Assembly: GCA_964291315.2 (NCBI GenBank)
Contig: OZ219753.1
Coordinates: 1,152,001 to 1,216,000 of the forward strand
Length of the DNA: 64,000 nucleotides
Reading direction: 5' to 3'
Source of the DNA: Candidatus Poribacteria bacterium
Lineage (GTDB): Bacteria; Poribacteria; WGA-4E; WGA-3G
Shown here: piece by piece, positions 38,032 to 47,403 of the stretch
Layout: each line of letters starts with the position of its first letter
Position numbering within the stretch: the first letter of the stretch is position 1
The notes under the pieces: model-generated
The model's database searches: none
What the model was told of the DNA's origin: nothing
Seen by the model: the letters and a program-made list of their open reading frames with translations, nothing else
Program-made: the position numbers and the translations under genes

Positions 38032-39837
38032 ATGAACTTTGCTGATACCAGTTTAAGAAACGAATCGACGCGCGTAAAAATTATCCTAATCGCTATCTTG
38101 ATTGTTTCCGGGTTTTTGGTGCTAAGACATGTCGGGCACAGTGGGATTACCTATTGGGATGAAGGGTTTCACGCGGTTGTTGCGCGGAATCTGACGAAAC
38201 ACCCGCTCAAATTCACGCTCTACGATCAACCGTGGCTTTCTTACGACTATAAAAACTGGGGGGAGAACCACATCTGGCTCCATAAGCCGCCTGTGGCTAT
38301 GTGGAGCATTTGGCTTTCACATCTTGTTTTTGGCATCAATACGTTCGCCCTCCGTTTGCCTGCTGCCGTGAGTCTTGTTATCGCAACGTGGGTCACGTTC
38401 CGCATTGCTGCCGACCTTTTCGACAAACGGACGGCACTTATCGTTGCCTTTCTGCATGGATTCAACCCGTTCCTCTTTGAATCTGTGCACGGCTATCGCT
38501 ATTCAGATCACATTGACATCGCACTGCTCCTCTGGGTACAGATCTCCTGTTGGTTCTTACTTCGAGCCGTTCGCACTGGAAAACCGAGAAATTATATTTT
38601 ATCGGGCGTTACGATGGGGATCGCCTATCTGTCTAAAAGCTACCTCGCTTTAATCACTTTCGGCATCGCACTCGTCGTTTGGACTTTTGCGCAAGGGAAA
38701 CGGATCTATGAGAGCAGGCGTGCCTCATGTGAAGATATGCCGGGCGAGACGTTAGGCGTGAAAATCCGTCTCAGGGACATCGGGCTGCAACTCTTCGCAG
38801 CGCTTGTGACGGTCGCTCCGTGGACGGTCTATTGTCTGATCTACTACCGAAAAGAATTCTTGTGGGAACACAAGCGTGTTATTGATCATCTGAATACGGA
38901 TGTTGAAAACTGGGGGGCAAGCTGGGACCGCCCGCTCTTTGACTATATGCCGTTGTTCTACCCGCTCTTCTACGCTGCCCTTTTCGCGGCTGTGCTATCT
39001 CTGTTGGTGGTACTGTTCAAACGTCGGCGTTTAGCCGAGCTCTTTGTATTGGCATGGGGCATCGGTGTCATCGTTCCGCATACGTTTGCTCAGACGAAAA
39101 CGCCCTCGGCAACGATGATCGCCGTGCCGCCGCTGCTGATGTGTTTGGCAGCTGTCATCAGTCGTGCATGGCAAAAACGGGATTGGCTCTATACATCTAT
39201 CTGGAGTGCGGGTATGCTTGCCGTCACTATCATTTCTGGTGGACGCACCTTGGTCAAGGCACGGGACCAGTTCGACGGTCTCAAGAAATTCGCGCCGTTT
39301 ATTGAGACGAACTTCTGGATTGTCGAACAGCTCATCGGTTTTGGTATCATACTCTCGGTTCTTATAGGCGTATATCTGTTGGTGCGCCGGTACGAGTTTC
39401 AAAAATGGTTGTGGCTTGCGCTGCGGGGTGTAGCGCTGATCATCGCTTTGTTCTATGCAGGAAAGTATGTGAACGCTGCATACAAGGTGACAGAGCGGAA
39501 CACACAGACTCCGCTCTATGTAGCTAGCGGTCAACGTCTTCAACGTGAGTTGCCAGAGAACGCTTGCTTTTTTCTCGACGATGAACGCGTCGGGGCACAT
39601 TTCGATTTGATGTACTATGCGGATAGGTCAACCTATCAGATTTACAACAGGCACATGAAAGAGCCCCGAGACTTCGAGGAACAAGCGAAGGAAGCACATG
39701 AAGCCGGCGCGATTCCGTATCTCTTTTCTGTCAAAGATATTGCGTATGACTACCCGTTGTTGCTTGAAGGTGAGGTAGGCACGGCAAACGGGAAAACGCG
39801 ACGTTATCGGGTTTATCGAATGACCGAAACGCCATGA
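38032..39837 (+). CDS. GT-C membrane glycosyltransferase (ArnT/PMT, GT39/83-like)
   Basis: WDE near the N-terminus, HKPP..W, ALRLP.A, LSK; many TM segments. Confidence 0.85.
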   Translation: MNFADTSLRNESTRVKIILIAILIVSGFLVLRHVGHSGITYWDEGFHAVVARNLTKHPLKFTLYDQPWLSYDYKNWGENHIWLHKPPVAMWSIWLSHLVFGINTFALRLPAAVSLVIATWVTFRIAADLFDKRTALIVAFLHGFNPFLFESVHGYRYSDHIDIALLLWVQISCWFLLRAVRTGKPRNYILSGVTMGIAYLSKSYLALITFGIALVVWTFAQGKRIYESRRASCEDMPGETLGVKIRLRDIGLQLFAALVTVAPWTVYCLIYYRKEFLWEHKRVIDHLNTDVENWGASWDRPLFDYMPLFYPLFYAALFAAVLSLLVVLFKRRRLAELFVLAWGIGVIVPHTFAQTKTPSATMIAVPPLLMCLAAVISRAWQKRDWLYTSIWSAGMLAVTIISGGRTLVKARDQFDGLKKFAPFIETNFWIVEQLIGFGIILSVLIGVYLLVRRYEFQKWLWLALRGVALIIALFYAGKYVNAAYKVTERNTQTPLYVASGQRLQRELPENACFFLDDERVGAHFDLMYYADRSTYQIYNRHMKEPRDFEEQAKEAHEAGAIPYLFSVKDIAYDYPLLLEGEVGTANGKTRRYRVYRMTETP

Positions 39838-39955
39838 CAGAACAGCACGCAAATTCCAGATTCTGATAGAATACGCATCACTCGGTTCGTTCTAGCAACA
39901 GAAATACCTCTCGGAGATCCAAAAGACCCACCCGATGGATCGCTGCTAAAATGAG

Positions 39956-39984
39956 TTGACAGACGCGCCAAAATACAGTACAAT
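39956..39984 (+). promoter_or_regulatory. Sigma70 promoter at the start of the defence island
   Basis: TTGACA-17 nt-TACAAT. Confidence 0.7.
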
Positions 39985-40080
39985 GCCATCAACCTTAGCA
40001 AACCTCTTAAATAAGAGATATATCGTAGGTATCTATACCGATGAGTCTCCCATCTTGAAACTTTTTAGTGAATAGCATTA

Positions 40081-40536
40081 ATGAATATAAAATACACCGA
40101 TCAACAAATAGTAGATTTAATTAATGAACCTAAAGTTTTGCCAGATGACTGGCGTGCACGACTATGTAAGGAAAATAGTTTGTATATCATGGGAGAAAAC
40201 GGTAACCGATTCCGTATCATAACCAACCTGAACGAAAAATATCCATCATACTTTTCGGTGATATTAACGGTCATAAACCCTAAGATTGGGGCAGCCTTTC
40301 GGATCCTCCGCTATAACGGTATACCTAAGCGTCTACACCGGAACAAAATTGAAAAACAAAAAATTTTCGGTTATCATATACATTTAGCGACGGAACGATA
40401 TCAGGAGAGAGGTTACGATGAGGAAGGTTATGCAGAAAAAACGGACCGCTACAATAACCTCGAAGGGGCCCTACAGTGTCTTATACAAGACGCTAATTTT
40501 GAACTGCCAGCACAGCTAGAATTAAAACTTCTCTAG
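40081..40536 (+). CDS. Hypothetical protein with RYNG...H.N...HIH motif (partner of the DUF1828-like gene)
   Basis: AT-rich 151-aa ORF, operonic with 40549. Confidence 0.7.
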   Translation: MNIKYTDQQIVDLINEPKVLPDDWRARLCKENSLYIMGENGNRFRIITNLNEKYPSYFSVILTVINPKIGAAFRILRYNGIPKRLHRNKIEKQKIFGYHIHLATERYQERGYDEEGYAEKTDRYNNLEGALQCLIQDANFELPAQLELKLL

Positions 40537-40548
40537 GAGATAAAACCA

Positions 40549-41331
40549 ATGTCAATTACAACTATAGAGAAAGAGTTCATGGCTAAGGTTTCCGCAGAGA
40601 TACAACTTTCAGCAGACGGCAAAGACCGTTTTCTTGTCTTCACTCCTTTCCATTTCAATGATGGAGATGAATTGGTTATCGTATTGAAGAAGATGGGGGA
40701 TAGGTGGGTCCTATCAGACGAGGCGCACACCTACATGCACCTTTCATACTATATGGAGAAACACAGCCTCCATCATGGAAAACGCCGGGAGCTCATTTTA
40801 AAGGCACTCTCCATGTTTCAAGTCGAAGACTCTGAGGGAGAATTAATTATGGATGTATCTGACGGCTGTTATGGAGAAGCTCTCTATGACTTTGTCCAAG
40901 CGCTGCTGAAAATAATCGACGTTACATATCTATCAAAAGAGACGGTTAGGTCAACGTTTCTCCATGATTTCCGAGAGCTTTTGTATCAACAGGTAGAACC
41001 GCAACATATTACATTCAACTGGCAGCACCCGACCAACGATCCCCATGGGATTTACAAAGTAGATTGTAGAATAAATGGAAGGTTCCCGCCTTTATTCGTG
41101 TTTGCACTAAATAGTAATACCAAAACGCAAGCGGCAGCGCTCACATTGCACCAGTTCAAGGCATGGGGGATGAATTACCAGCCTCTCGGTATTTTTGAAA
41201 GAGCCAAGACAACTACTCATGATATATTTTTGCGTTTCAAGGATGTTTGTGAAATACATTTCACTGACATAAGCGAAAATAGTCGAGAAATTGGGCAATA
41301 TTTGCAAAATTATATGTCAGATGAAGCATAA
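40549..41331 (+). CDS. DUF1828/DUF1829-like protein
   Basis: 'TPF....GD....L......W.LSD...T' N-domain; C-terminal restriction-endonuclease-like 'Y.VD..I' segment. Confidence 0.7.
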   Translation: MSITTIEKEFMAKVSAEIQLSADGKDRFLVFTPFHFNDGDELVIVLKKMGDRWVLSDEAHTYMHLSYYMEKHSLHHGKRRELILKALSMFQVEDSEGELIMDVSDGCYGEALYDFVQALLKIIDVTYLSKETVRSTFLHDFRELLYQQVEPQHITFNWQHPTNDPHGIYKVDCRINGRFPPLFVFALNSNTKTQAAALTLHQFKAWGMNYQPLGIFERAKTTTHDIFLRFKDVCEIHFTDISENSREIGQYLQNYMSDEA

Positions 41332-41504
41332 TAATTGCCCTCATCCTGCTAACTTCCGAAAGCCCGCTCGGCAAAATGGAGAACCTGATGAAGGACTTTG
41401 GGATTTACGCTCCCGATATTTAACACTTGACATACTATATCAGGTGTGAAATGATACTTATCAGAAAAGTTGGATTTAGCGCAAAAGGGAGTTAGGAGAA
41501 GACA

Positions 41505-42419
41505 ATGCCCACCAAATCCGTTGCCGAAATAAGACAACTCCTTGAAAAGCTCTACCCGGAACGAACACTCCGTTTGCGGTGCTTGTCTCTGTTCGCGGAG
41601 AGCATCAAACATGCCCACTCTCATGCACCAGATAACTGGGTTGTTGTTGTTCCTTCGAACCAATCAAGAATCCGACTCACAGTTGGGCACTTAGTGCCTT
41701 TTACACTAGAACGTGGCAAGGTTTGGATGGCGCTTGATCTAGAAGCATTGGAAGAGCTGCCGCAGGCTATGATGCTCCTCAATGAAGCACAGGGTTGGCA
41801 GTGGCAGACTGGACTCTATTCAGAGTACAAACCTGTTCCATCTCGGAACGGCTACTATTTTCCAGATGCTGATCCTTCGGAAAAACTATTCCCCACAGTT
41901 TGGGAGCTAAATTGTGCTTATGTCAAACGGATCGGAATCTTAAAATATAAACTTCATCCTCAGAGTCGAAGGGCATACCAACCGGCTATCTTGGAATTTT
42001 TACGGCAAGAGTTGAAATGCTCCCTACTAGAACCCGGAACACAACCCCAAATTGATATAGAACTGCCGGAAGAAGTTAGTGAAAATGAAGTTTTCCCTGA
42101 AGGCACGCGTAAGCAGATCTCGGTAAATGCTTACGAGCGCAATCCGACTGCCCGGCGTAAGTGCTTGGAATACTACGGCACCTGTTGTGCGGTATGCACA
42201 CAAGATATGTCGGAAATCTATGGGCCCGCAGCCGCGGGTTTGATTCACGTTCACCACCTTAAACCGTTGAGTAAGGTTCGAGAAGGGTATTGTGTAGATC
42301 CGATTGACGATCTGCGGCCGGTCTGTCCGAATTGTCATGCTGTCATTCACCGTCGCAAACGGCCATACACAATAGAAGAGGTAAAGAAATTTTTGGAAAA
42401 GGCGAAACGGGATACATAG
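41505..42419 (+). CDS. McrA-like HNH endonuclease (putative type IV restriction)
   Basis: EG...VNAYERN..AR..C, CAVC, HVHH..PL, VCPNCH..IH. Confidence 0.88.
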   Translation: MPTKSVAEIRQLLEKLYPERTLRLRCLSLFAESIKHAHSHAPDNWVVVVPSNQSRIRLTVGHLVPFTLERGKVWMALDLEALEELPQAMMLLNEAQGWQWQTGLYSEYKPVPSRNGYYFPDADPSEKLFPTVWELNCAYVKRIGILKYKLHPQSRRAYQPAILEFLRQELKCSLLEPGTQPQIDIELPEEVSENEVFPEGTRKQISVNAYERNPTARRKCLEYYGTCCAVCTQDMSEIYGPAAAGLIHVHHLKPLSKVREGYCVDPIDDLRPVCPNCHAVIHRRKRPYTIEEVKKFLEKAKRDT

Positions 42420-42469
42420 AGCAATAGAGATAATAACTGTTAGCGAAATAAAAACAACACGGAGAACCT

Positions 42470-44560
42470 ATGACCGAACCCAGCATCATCGAAACTGTCC
42501 TCAAAGACAGCAAATATCACCTCGACCTATTCAATACATCCGAAATTCAGGATTTATCCGAAAAGATCCAAGGCACGGAAAAACCTATTATCTACTGCCC
42601 CATCCGTAGAAAAGCGATCCAGCTAAAACCCGAGGAGCTCATCCGCCAACTCTACCTCGAACGACTGCTGACGCAATACCGCTATCCGCAAGATCGCGTG
42701 CGGTTTGAATACGTTGTGAATTTTGGGAGAGAGCGAAAACGCGCCGATATTGTTATCCTCGACAGAGATAGACCGGATACCCCGTATATTATCATCGAGG
42801 TAAAGAAGCCTAAGCTCCAAGATGGGAAGGATCAACTCCGATCCTATTGCAACGCCACGGGTGCCCCTATTGCTGTATGGACAAACGGACAACAGATCTC
42901 ACACTACCACCGAAAAGACCCGAATTACTTCGAAGATATTACCGATATCCCCAACGCCGAGCAAACCCTCGCCGACGTACTCAACGAACGTTTTACGCTC
43001 AAGGACCTTATCCTCAATGATAAGCTCACAACTGATCGGAAATCCTTAAAGGATATCATTTTGGAATTAGAGGACGAAGTCCTCGCCAACGCAGGTGTCG
43101 ACGTTTTTGAGGAGGTGTTCAAACTCATCTTTACCAAACTCTATGATGAATTCAAGAGCCAAAACGACAAGATGTTTATCAATCATCACTTACAGCAAAG
43201 CATCAACACCGCTATCCAAGAAACAGATCACGCTTACGAGGGCGAAAACTCAGATTATGAGACTCTTAGGAAAGCGGTCGAAAAGATTCCAGATGAAAAC
43301 ATAGTCCGCAAGATGGCGTTTAGGAACACAGGACAAACTGATTCGGAACTGAAGACTAAAATTCAGAGACTTTTTGACGACGCGAAAAATCAGTGGACAG
43401 GTGTCTTTCCGGAGTACTCAACTTTTAAACTTTCTGACAGTCATCTTGCGGTTTGTGTGTCTAGTTTACAAAACATAAAATTGTTTAACTCCAATCTGCG
43501 GGTCATTGATGAGGCGTTTGAATACCTTGTCAGTAAATCAGCTAAGGGGGAAAAGGGGCAATACTTCACACCTCGCCACGTCATAGACATGTGCGTGAAG
43601 ATGCTCAATCCGCAGCCAGGTGAATATATGATCGACACTGCCGCAGGCAGTTGCGGATTTCCAGTACATACCGTTTTCAAACTTACAGGGCGGAATTTTA
43701 CAAATGCTGAAATCCCGCCGGAGCACAAAGAACACGTCCTCAAAGTCTTCGGCATCGACTTTGATGAAAAAGCCGTTAGGATTTCAAGAACACTCAACCT
43801 AATTGCTGGAGACGGTGAGACCAACGTCTTACACCTCAATACGTTAGACTACCAACGTTGGAGTGACAGAGCTGAGAAAGATAGGATATGGATAATGACG
43901 TACGGTAGAGGATTTGATAGACTTAAAACGCTAAGCGTCGAACCGGAGAATAACAAAATGTTTAATTTTGATGTTCTGATGGCAAATCCGCCCTTTGCCG
44001 GAGATATCAAAGAACGCCGCATCCTCCACCAATACAACCTCGGTTTTAAGAGGGATGGCAAAGCACAAAACAGAGTCGGACGCGATATTCTGTTTATTGA
44101 ACGCAACCTCGATTTCCTCAAACCCGGGGGACGCATGGCGATTGTTCTGCCTCAAGGTAGGTTTAACAATACGTCTGACAAGTACGTCCGTGATTTCATC
44201 GCAGAGAACGCCCGCATCTTAGCCATAGTCGGTTTGCATACCAATACCTTCAAACCGCACACCGGCACCAAAACCAGCGTCCTCTTCGTGCAAAAGTGGA
44301 ACGATGATCCATCTAAAGGCCCCCTGTGTCCCAGGGTCGAGGACTATCCTATCTTCTTTTCAGTAAGCGATAAGGGTGGCAAAGATACCTCCGGTGATTA
44401 TATTTACTTGAAAAATTCCAATGGGCAACCCAAATTGGATAAGAATGGGCATCTGATTATCGAACACGACCTGCACAACCACGATGGCGAACTACCAAAC
44501 GGTATTGCTGAAGAATTTATTCAGTGGGCCAAGAGTGAAGGATTAAGTTTTTGGAGGTAG
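42470..44560 (+). CDS. Fused restriction nuclease (HsdR-N-like PD-(D/E)xK) + N6-adenine methyltransferase (type IIB/IIG-like)
   Basis: PEE.IRQ, RADIV, IEVK, QL.SY, WTNG; GQYFTPR, D.AAGSCGF, NPPF. Confidence 0.92.
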   Translation: MTEPSIIETVLKDSKYHLDLFNTSEIQDLSEKIQGTEKPIIYCPIRRKAIQLKPEELIRQLYLERLLTQYRYPQDRVRFEYVVNFGRERKRADIVILDRDRPDTPYIIIEVKKPKLQDGKDQLRSYCNATGAPIAVWTNGQQISHYHRKDPNYFEDITDIPNAEQTLADVLNERFTLKDLILNDKLTTDRKSLKDIILELEDEVLANAGVDVFEEVFKLIFTKLYDEFKSQNDKMFINHHLQQSINTAIQETDHAYEGENSDYETLRKAVEKIPDENIVRKMAFRNTGQTDSELKTKIQRLFDDAKNQWTGVFPEYSTFKLSDSHLAVCVSSLQNIKLFNSNLRVIDEAFEYLVSKSAKGEKGQYFTPRHVIDMCVKMLNPQPGEYMIDTAAGSCGFPVHTVFKLTGRNFTNAEIPPEHKEHVLKVFGIDFDEKAVRISRTLNLIAGDGETNVLHLNTLDYQRWSDRAEKDRIWIMTYGRGFDRLKTLSVEPENNKMFNFDVLMANPPFAGDIKERRILHQYNLGFKRDGKAQNRVGRDILFIERNLDFLKPGGRMAIVLPQGRFNNTSDKYVRDFIAENARILAIVGLHTNTFKPHTGTKTSVLFVQKWNDDPSKGPLCPRVEDYPIFFSVSDKGGKDTSGDYIYLKNSNGQPKLDKNGHLIIEHDLHNHDGELPNGIAEEFIQWAKSEGLSFWR

Positions 44561-44561
44561 A

Positions 44562-45185
44562 ATGCCCAATTCTGACAATATCGAACTTTGGAAGGAAAAA
44601 GCGGAAATCGATTATATTCCACCTTTTATGGCTTTATGGCTTTCCTTAAATGCATGGATGAAAAAGCATTTTGGACCTAAGACTGATAGAGTTAAATTGG
44701 AGCAGTTAAAAGGGGGTGGTGGCTCACTTCATGACAAATTTTCGGACTTAATCAGGAGCGAGGGTTTCAACGGTATTCTTTTTAGAGGATACTTCGGAGA
44801 ACTACACAGAGCATTGGTAAACGCCCACATTCCTTACAGTTACGGGCGGAGGAGCTCTGATAAAACAATTAGTTTCGAATCCTGTATTATTGAATGGAAC
44901 AACGGACGCCCCCAGTTTGATTCTATCCTAGTCGAAAAAGAACACAATCACTTGTCATTTGAAACTCCATCGATGTTTGATGAAAACGATGAAGAAAAAA
45001 TAAAATTAGATGATGAACTGTGGGTCGAAAACGCCCCTGAGCGTTTGTTTGTGGCTTATATAGAGATCGTCTATCAAGTTCGCTGTGCTCTTTTTCATGC
45101 AGATTTAGCACCAAACTCCGATGAAAACAAACGTGTCATTAAGCAGCTCTACTTAACACTCTCAATGATCATGGAGAACATTTGA
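44562..45185 (+). CDS. HEPN-superfamily protein (putative RNase)
   Basis: N-terminal F..LW...NAW helix and C-terminal RCALFH (Rx4H) motif; tightly coupled to both neighbours. Confidence 0.7.
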   Translation: MPNSDNIELWKEKAEIDYIPPFMALWLSLNAWMKKHFGPKTDRVKLEQLKGGGGSLHDKFSDLIRSEGFNGILFRGYFGELHRALVNAHIPYSYGRRSSDKTISFESCIIEWNNGRPQFDSILVEKEHNHLSFETPSMFDENDEEKIKLDDELWVENAPERLFVAYIEIVYQVRCALFHADLAPNSDENKRVIKQLYLTLSMIMENI

Positions 45186-46564
45186 TGCAGTATTCAATTG
45201 TTAATTTTTCAGACGTTAAATCTGTCTATGACTTCAGGATTGATGCACAATACTGGCATCCCGTTTTCATTCGAAATAGTGCCCTTGTTCCCGTGCATCA
45301 AAAATTGAGGGATTTTGTATGTCAAAACATAACAAACATCAAATCATCCCCTATAAATCGGGGCTTTGAATATCTCGAGATTTCTCAAATTTCAGTGAAC
45401 AGTTTTGAATATCAAACGACAAAAGTAAAATTAGGTCAGGAGCCGGACCGAGCTCGTTCTCTTTTAAAAAAAGGGGATGTTGTCGTTTCTACCGTCAGAC
45501 CTAATAGAAACGCGATTGCCCTCATTAAAGCCGATGGTATTGTCGGTAGCAGCGGGTTAGCAGTTCTCAGACCTAACAACATAGAGACGGAGTATCTACT
45601 TGCTTTCTGCAAAACCAACTACTTTATAAACTGTTTGATGAGGGCAGATAAGGCGAGCATGTATCCTGCTGTTTCAATCAGTCAGGTTTTGGATACGCCT
45701 CTGTTTGTTCCTACTAAATTTTTTCGATTGCTGATTGTGGACACTGTTAGAAATTCTATTTCCGCTCTCGACAAATCCAAACAGACTTATACCGAAGCAG
45801 AGACGCTCCTTCTTACTGAACTCGGGCTCGCAAACTGGCAACCGAGGCAGCGGTTAACCTTCGTCAAAAGCTTTTCAGATATCCAAAGTGCGGGGAGAAT
45901 TGATGCAGACTATTTCCAGCCCAAATATGATGACATCATCAACGCTATCAAAAATTATTCAGGTGGTTGGGACACTTTGGGAAATTTGACAACGCTTAAA
46001 AAATGTGTTGAGGTGGGTAGTAAAGAATACCTTGAGGCCGGCATTCCGTTCATTCGGGTGAGTAATCTCAGTCCGTTCGAAATTACACAAGAGAAGTACA
46101 TTTCAGAAGAATTGTACGTAAAAATCAAGGAACATCAACCAAAACAGGGAGAGATCCTTCTCAGCAAGGATGCAACCCCCGGCATAGCCTATTATCTGCG
46201 CAAAACCCCGAAGAAGATGATTCCATCAAGTGGGATACTCCGATTAAAAAGCAAAACGGATAAAATTGGAAAAGAATACCTGACGCTGCTACTTAATTCT
46301 ATCCTGACTCAAGAACAGGTCAATCGAGATGTCGGGGGATCGGTAATTTCCCATTGGAGAGCGGAGCAGGTAGCAGAAACAGCCATACCCATTCTGTACC
46401 AAGAAAAACAGACTGAGATTGAACAAAAGGTCCTTGAATCTTTCAGTTTACGTCAGCGTGCGAAAGTCCTCTTAGAGCAAGCCAAGTGCGCTGTCGAGAT
46501 CGCAATTGAGCAAGACGAACAAGCTGCTATTGATTGGTTGGAATCTGCTGGGGAAGTGGATTGA
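45185..46564 (+). CDS. Restriction-modification specificity (S) subunit with two TRDs
   Basis: Two RIDA.Y repeats, two TRD cores (GDVVVSTVRP; GEILLSKD.TPG), coiled-coil spacers; TGATG overlap with the upstream stop. Confidence 0.88.
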   Translation: MQYSIVNFSDVKSVYDFRIDAQYWHPVFIRNSALVPVHQKLRDFVCQNITNIKSSPINRGFEYLEISQISVNSFEYQTTKVKLGQEPDRARSLLKKGDVVVSTVRPNRNAIALIKADGIVGSSGLAVLRPNNIETEYLLAFCKTNYFINCLMRADKASMYPAVSISQVLDTPLFVPTKFFRLLIVDTVRNSISALDKSKQTYTEAETLLLTELGLANWQPRQRLTFVKSFSDIQSAGRIDADYFQPKYDDIINAIKNYSGGWDTLGNLTTLKKCVEVGSKEYLEAGIPFIRVSNLSPFEITQEKYISEELYVKIKEHQPKQGEILLSKDATPGIAYYLRKTPKKMIPSSGILRLKSKTDKIGKEYLTLLLNSILTQEQVNRDVGGSVISHWRAEQVAETAIPILYQEKQTEIEQKVLESFSLRQRAKVLLEQAKCAVEIAIEQDEQAAIDWLESAGEVD

Positions 46565-46771
46565 GGAAGGGCATATCTTTCAATGGAGGAACGGCGGCCT
46601 CCAAACTAGTACCAGCAAATCCCAAAAAATGACTTGCCGATTTTACGCCAACCTGCTACACTGTTTAAATGGGTTTAGGGTGATACAGCTACGAATTGGT
46701 GGAGACTTTCTCCGTTTCTGCCCATCCTGCTAGAGTTAAAGGATAAAACGGACTAGCACTTGGAGTACCTC

Positions 46772-47209
46772 ATGAAAACGATACTTGCTCTCTTGACGCT
46801 ATTTTCGACGATTGCTTTACCCGCTTTTGGTGAGTTAACCAACGCGGACCTCAATCAGATGCGCTTGATTGTTCAAGAAGAAATCAGGCCTATAAAAGCC
46901 GACATCATAACGCTAAAAACTGATTTGGCGGTCGTAAAATTGGAAGTTGCAAATCTAAAAGAGAAAGTGGCAGATTTAAAAGATACTGTCAATAACGACT
47001 TCGGTGCCATTCAAAAGAATTTTGACAGACAAAATAACATCATTATTGCCTGCATCGGTATCCCTTTGGCAATTCTCGCCATCGCTGCAACGGTGTGGGG
47101 CATCTTAGCAAATAGGCGCAGCAGAAAAGATCAAGCACTTGAAAAGCAGATTGAGACGCTTACACAAGAAATCGAAACACTCAAGCAACAGCGAATTGTG
47201 AATCCCTAG
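46772..47209 (+). CDS. Hypothetical protein: signal peptide, coiled coil, TM, coiled-coil tail
   Basis: GGAG RBS; MKTIL...PAFG-ELT; heptad region; one TM segment. Confidence 0.7.
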   Translation: MKTILALLTLFSTIALPAFGELTNADLNQMRLIVQEEIRPIKADIITLKTDLAVVKLEVANLKEKVADLKDTVNNDFGAIQKNFDRQNNIIIACIGIPLAILAIAATVWGILANRRSRKDQALEKQIETLTQEIETLKQQRIVNP

Positions 47210-47403
47210 ACTTAATAAGGAAGGATCCCAATTTAGATGAATAAACCCAGCATTCATAGTTCCTTCTCACATAAGTAGACTGCCCTCTTAAAACTAATAC
47301 GCCCCACACATTTTGAAAATGCTTTGCTTAAAAATGCCCGTTGTGTTAGAATAGGGGTGCATTAATCAGACTAAAATGGAGCAGGTTACGGAAAAATATA
47401 GAT

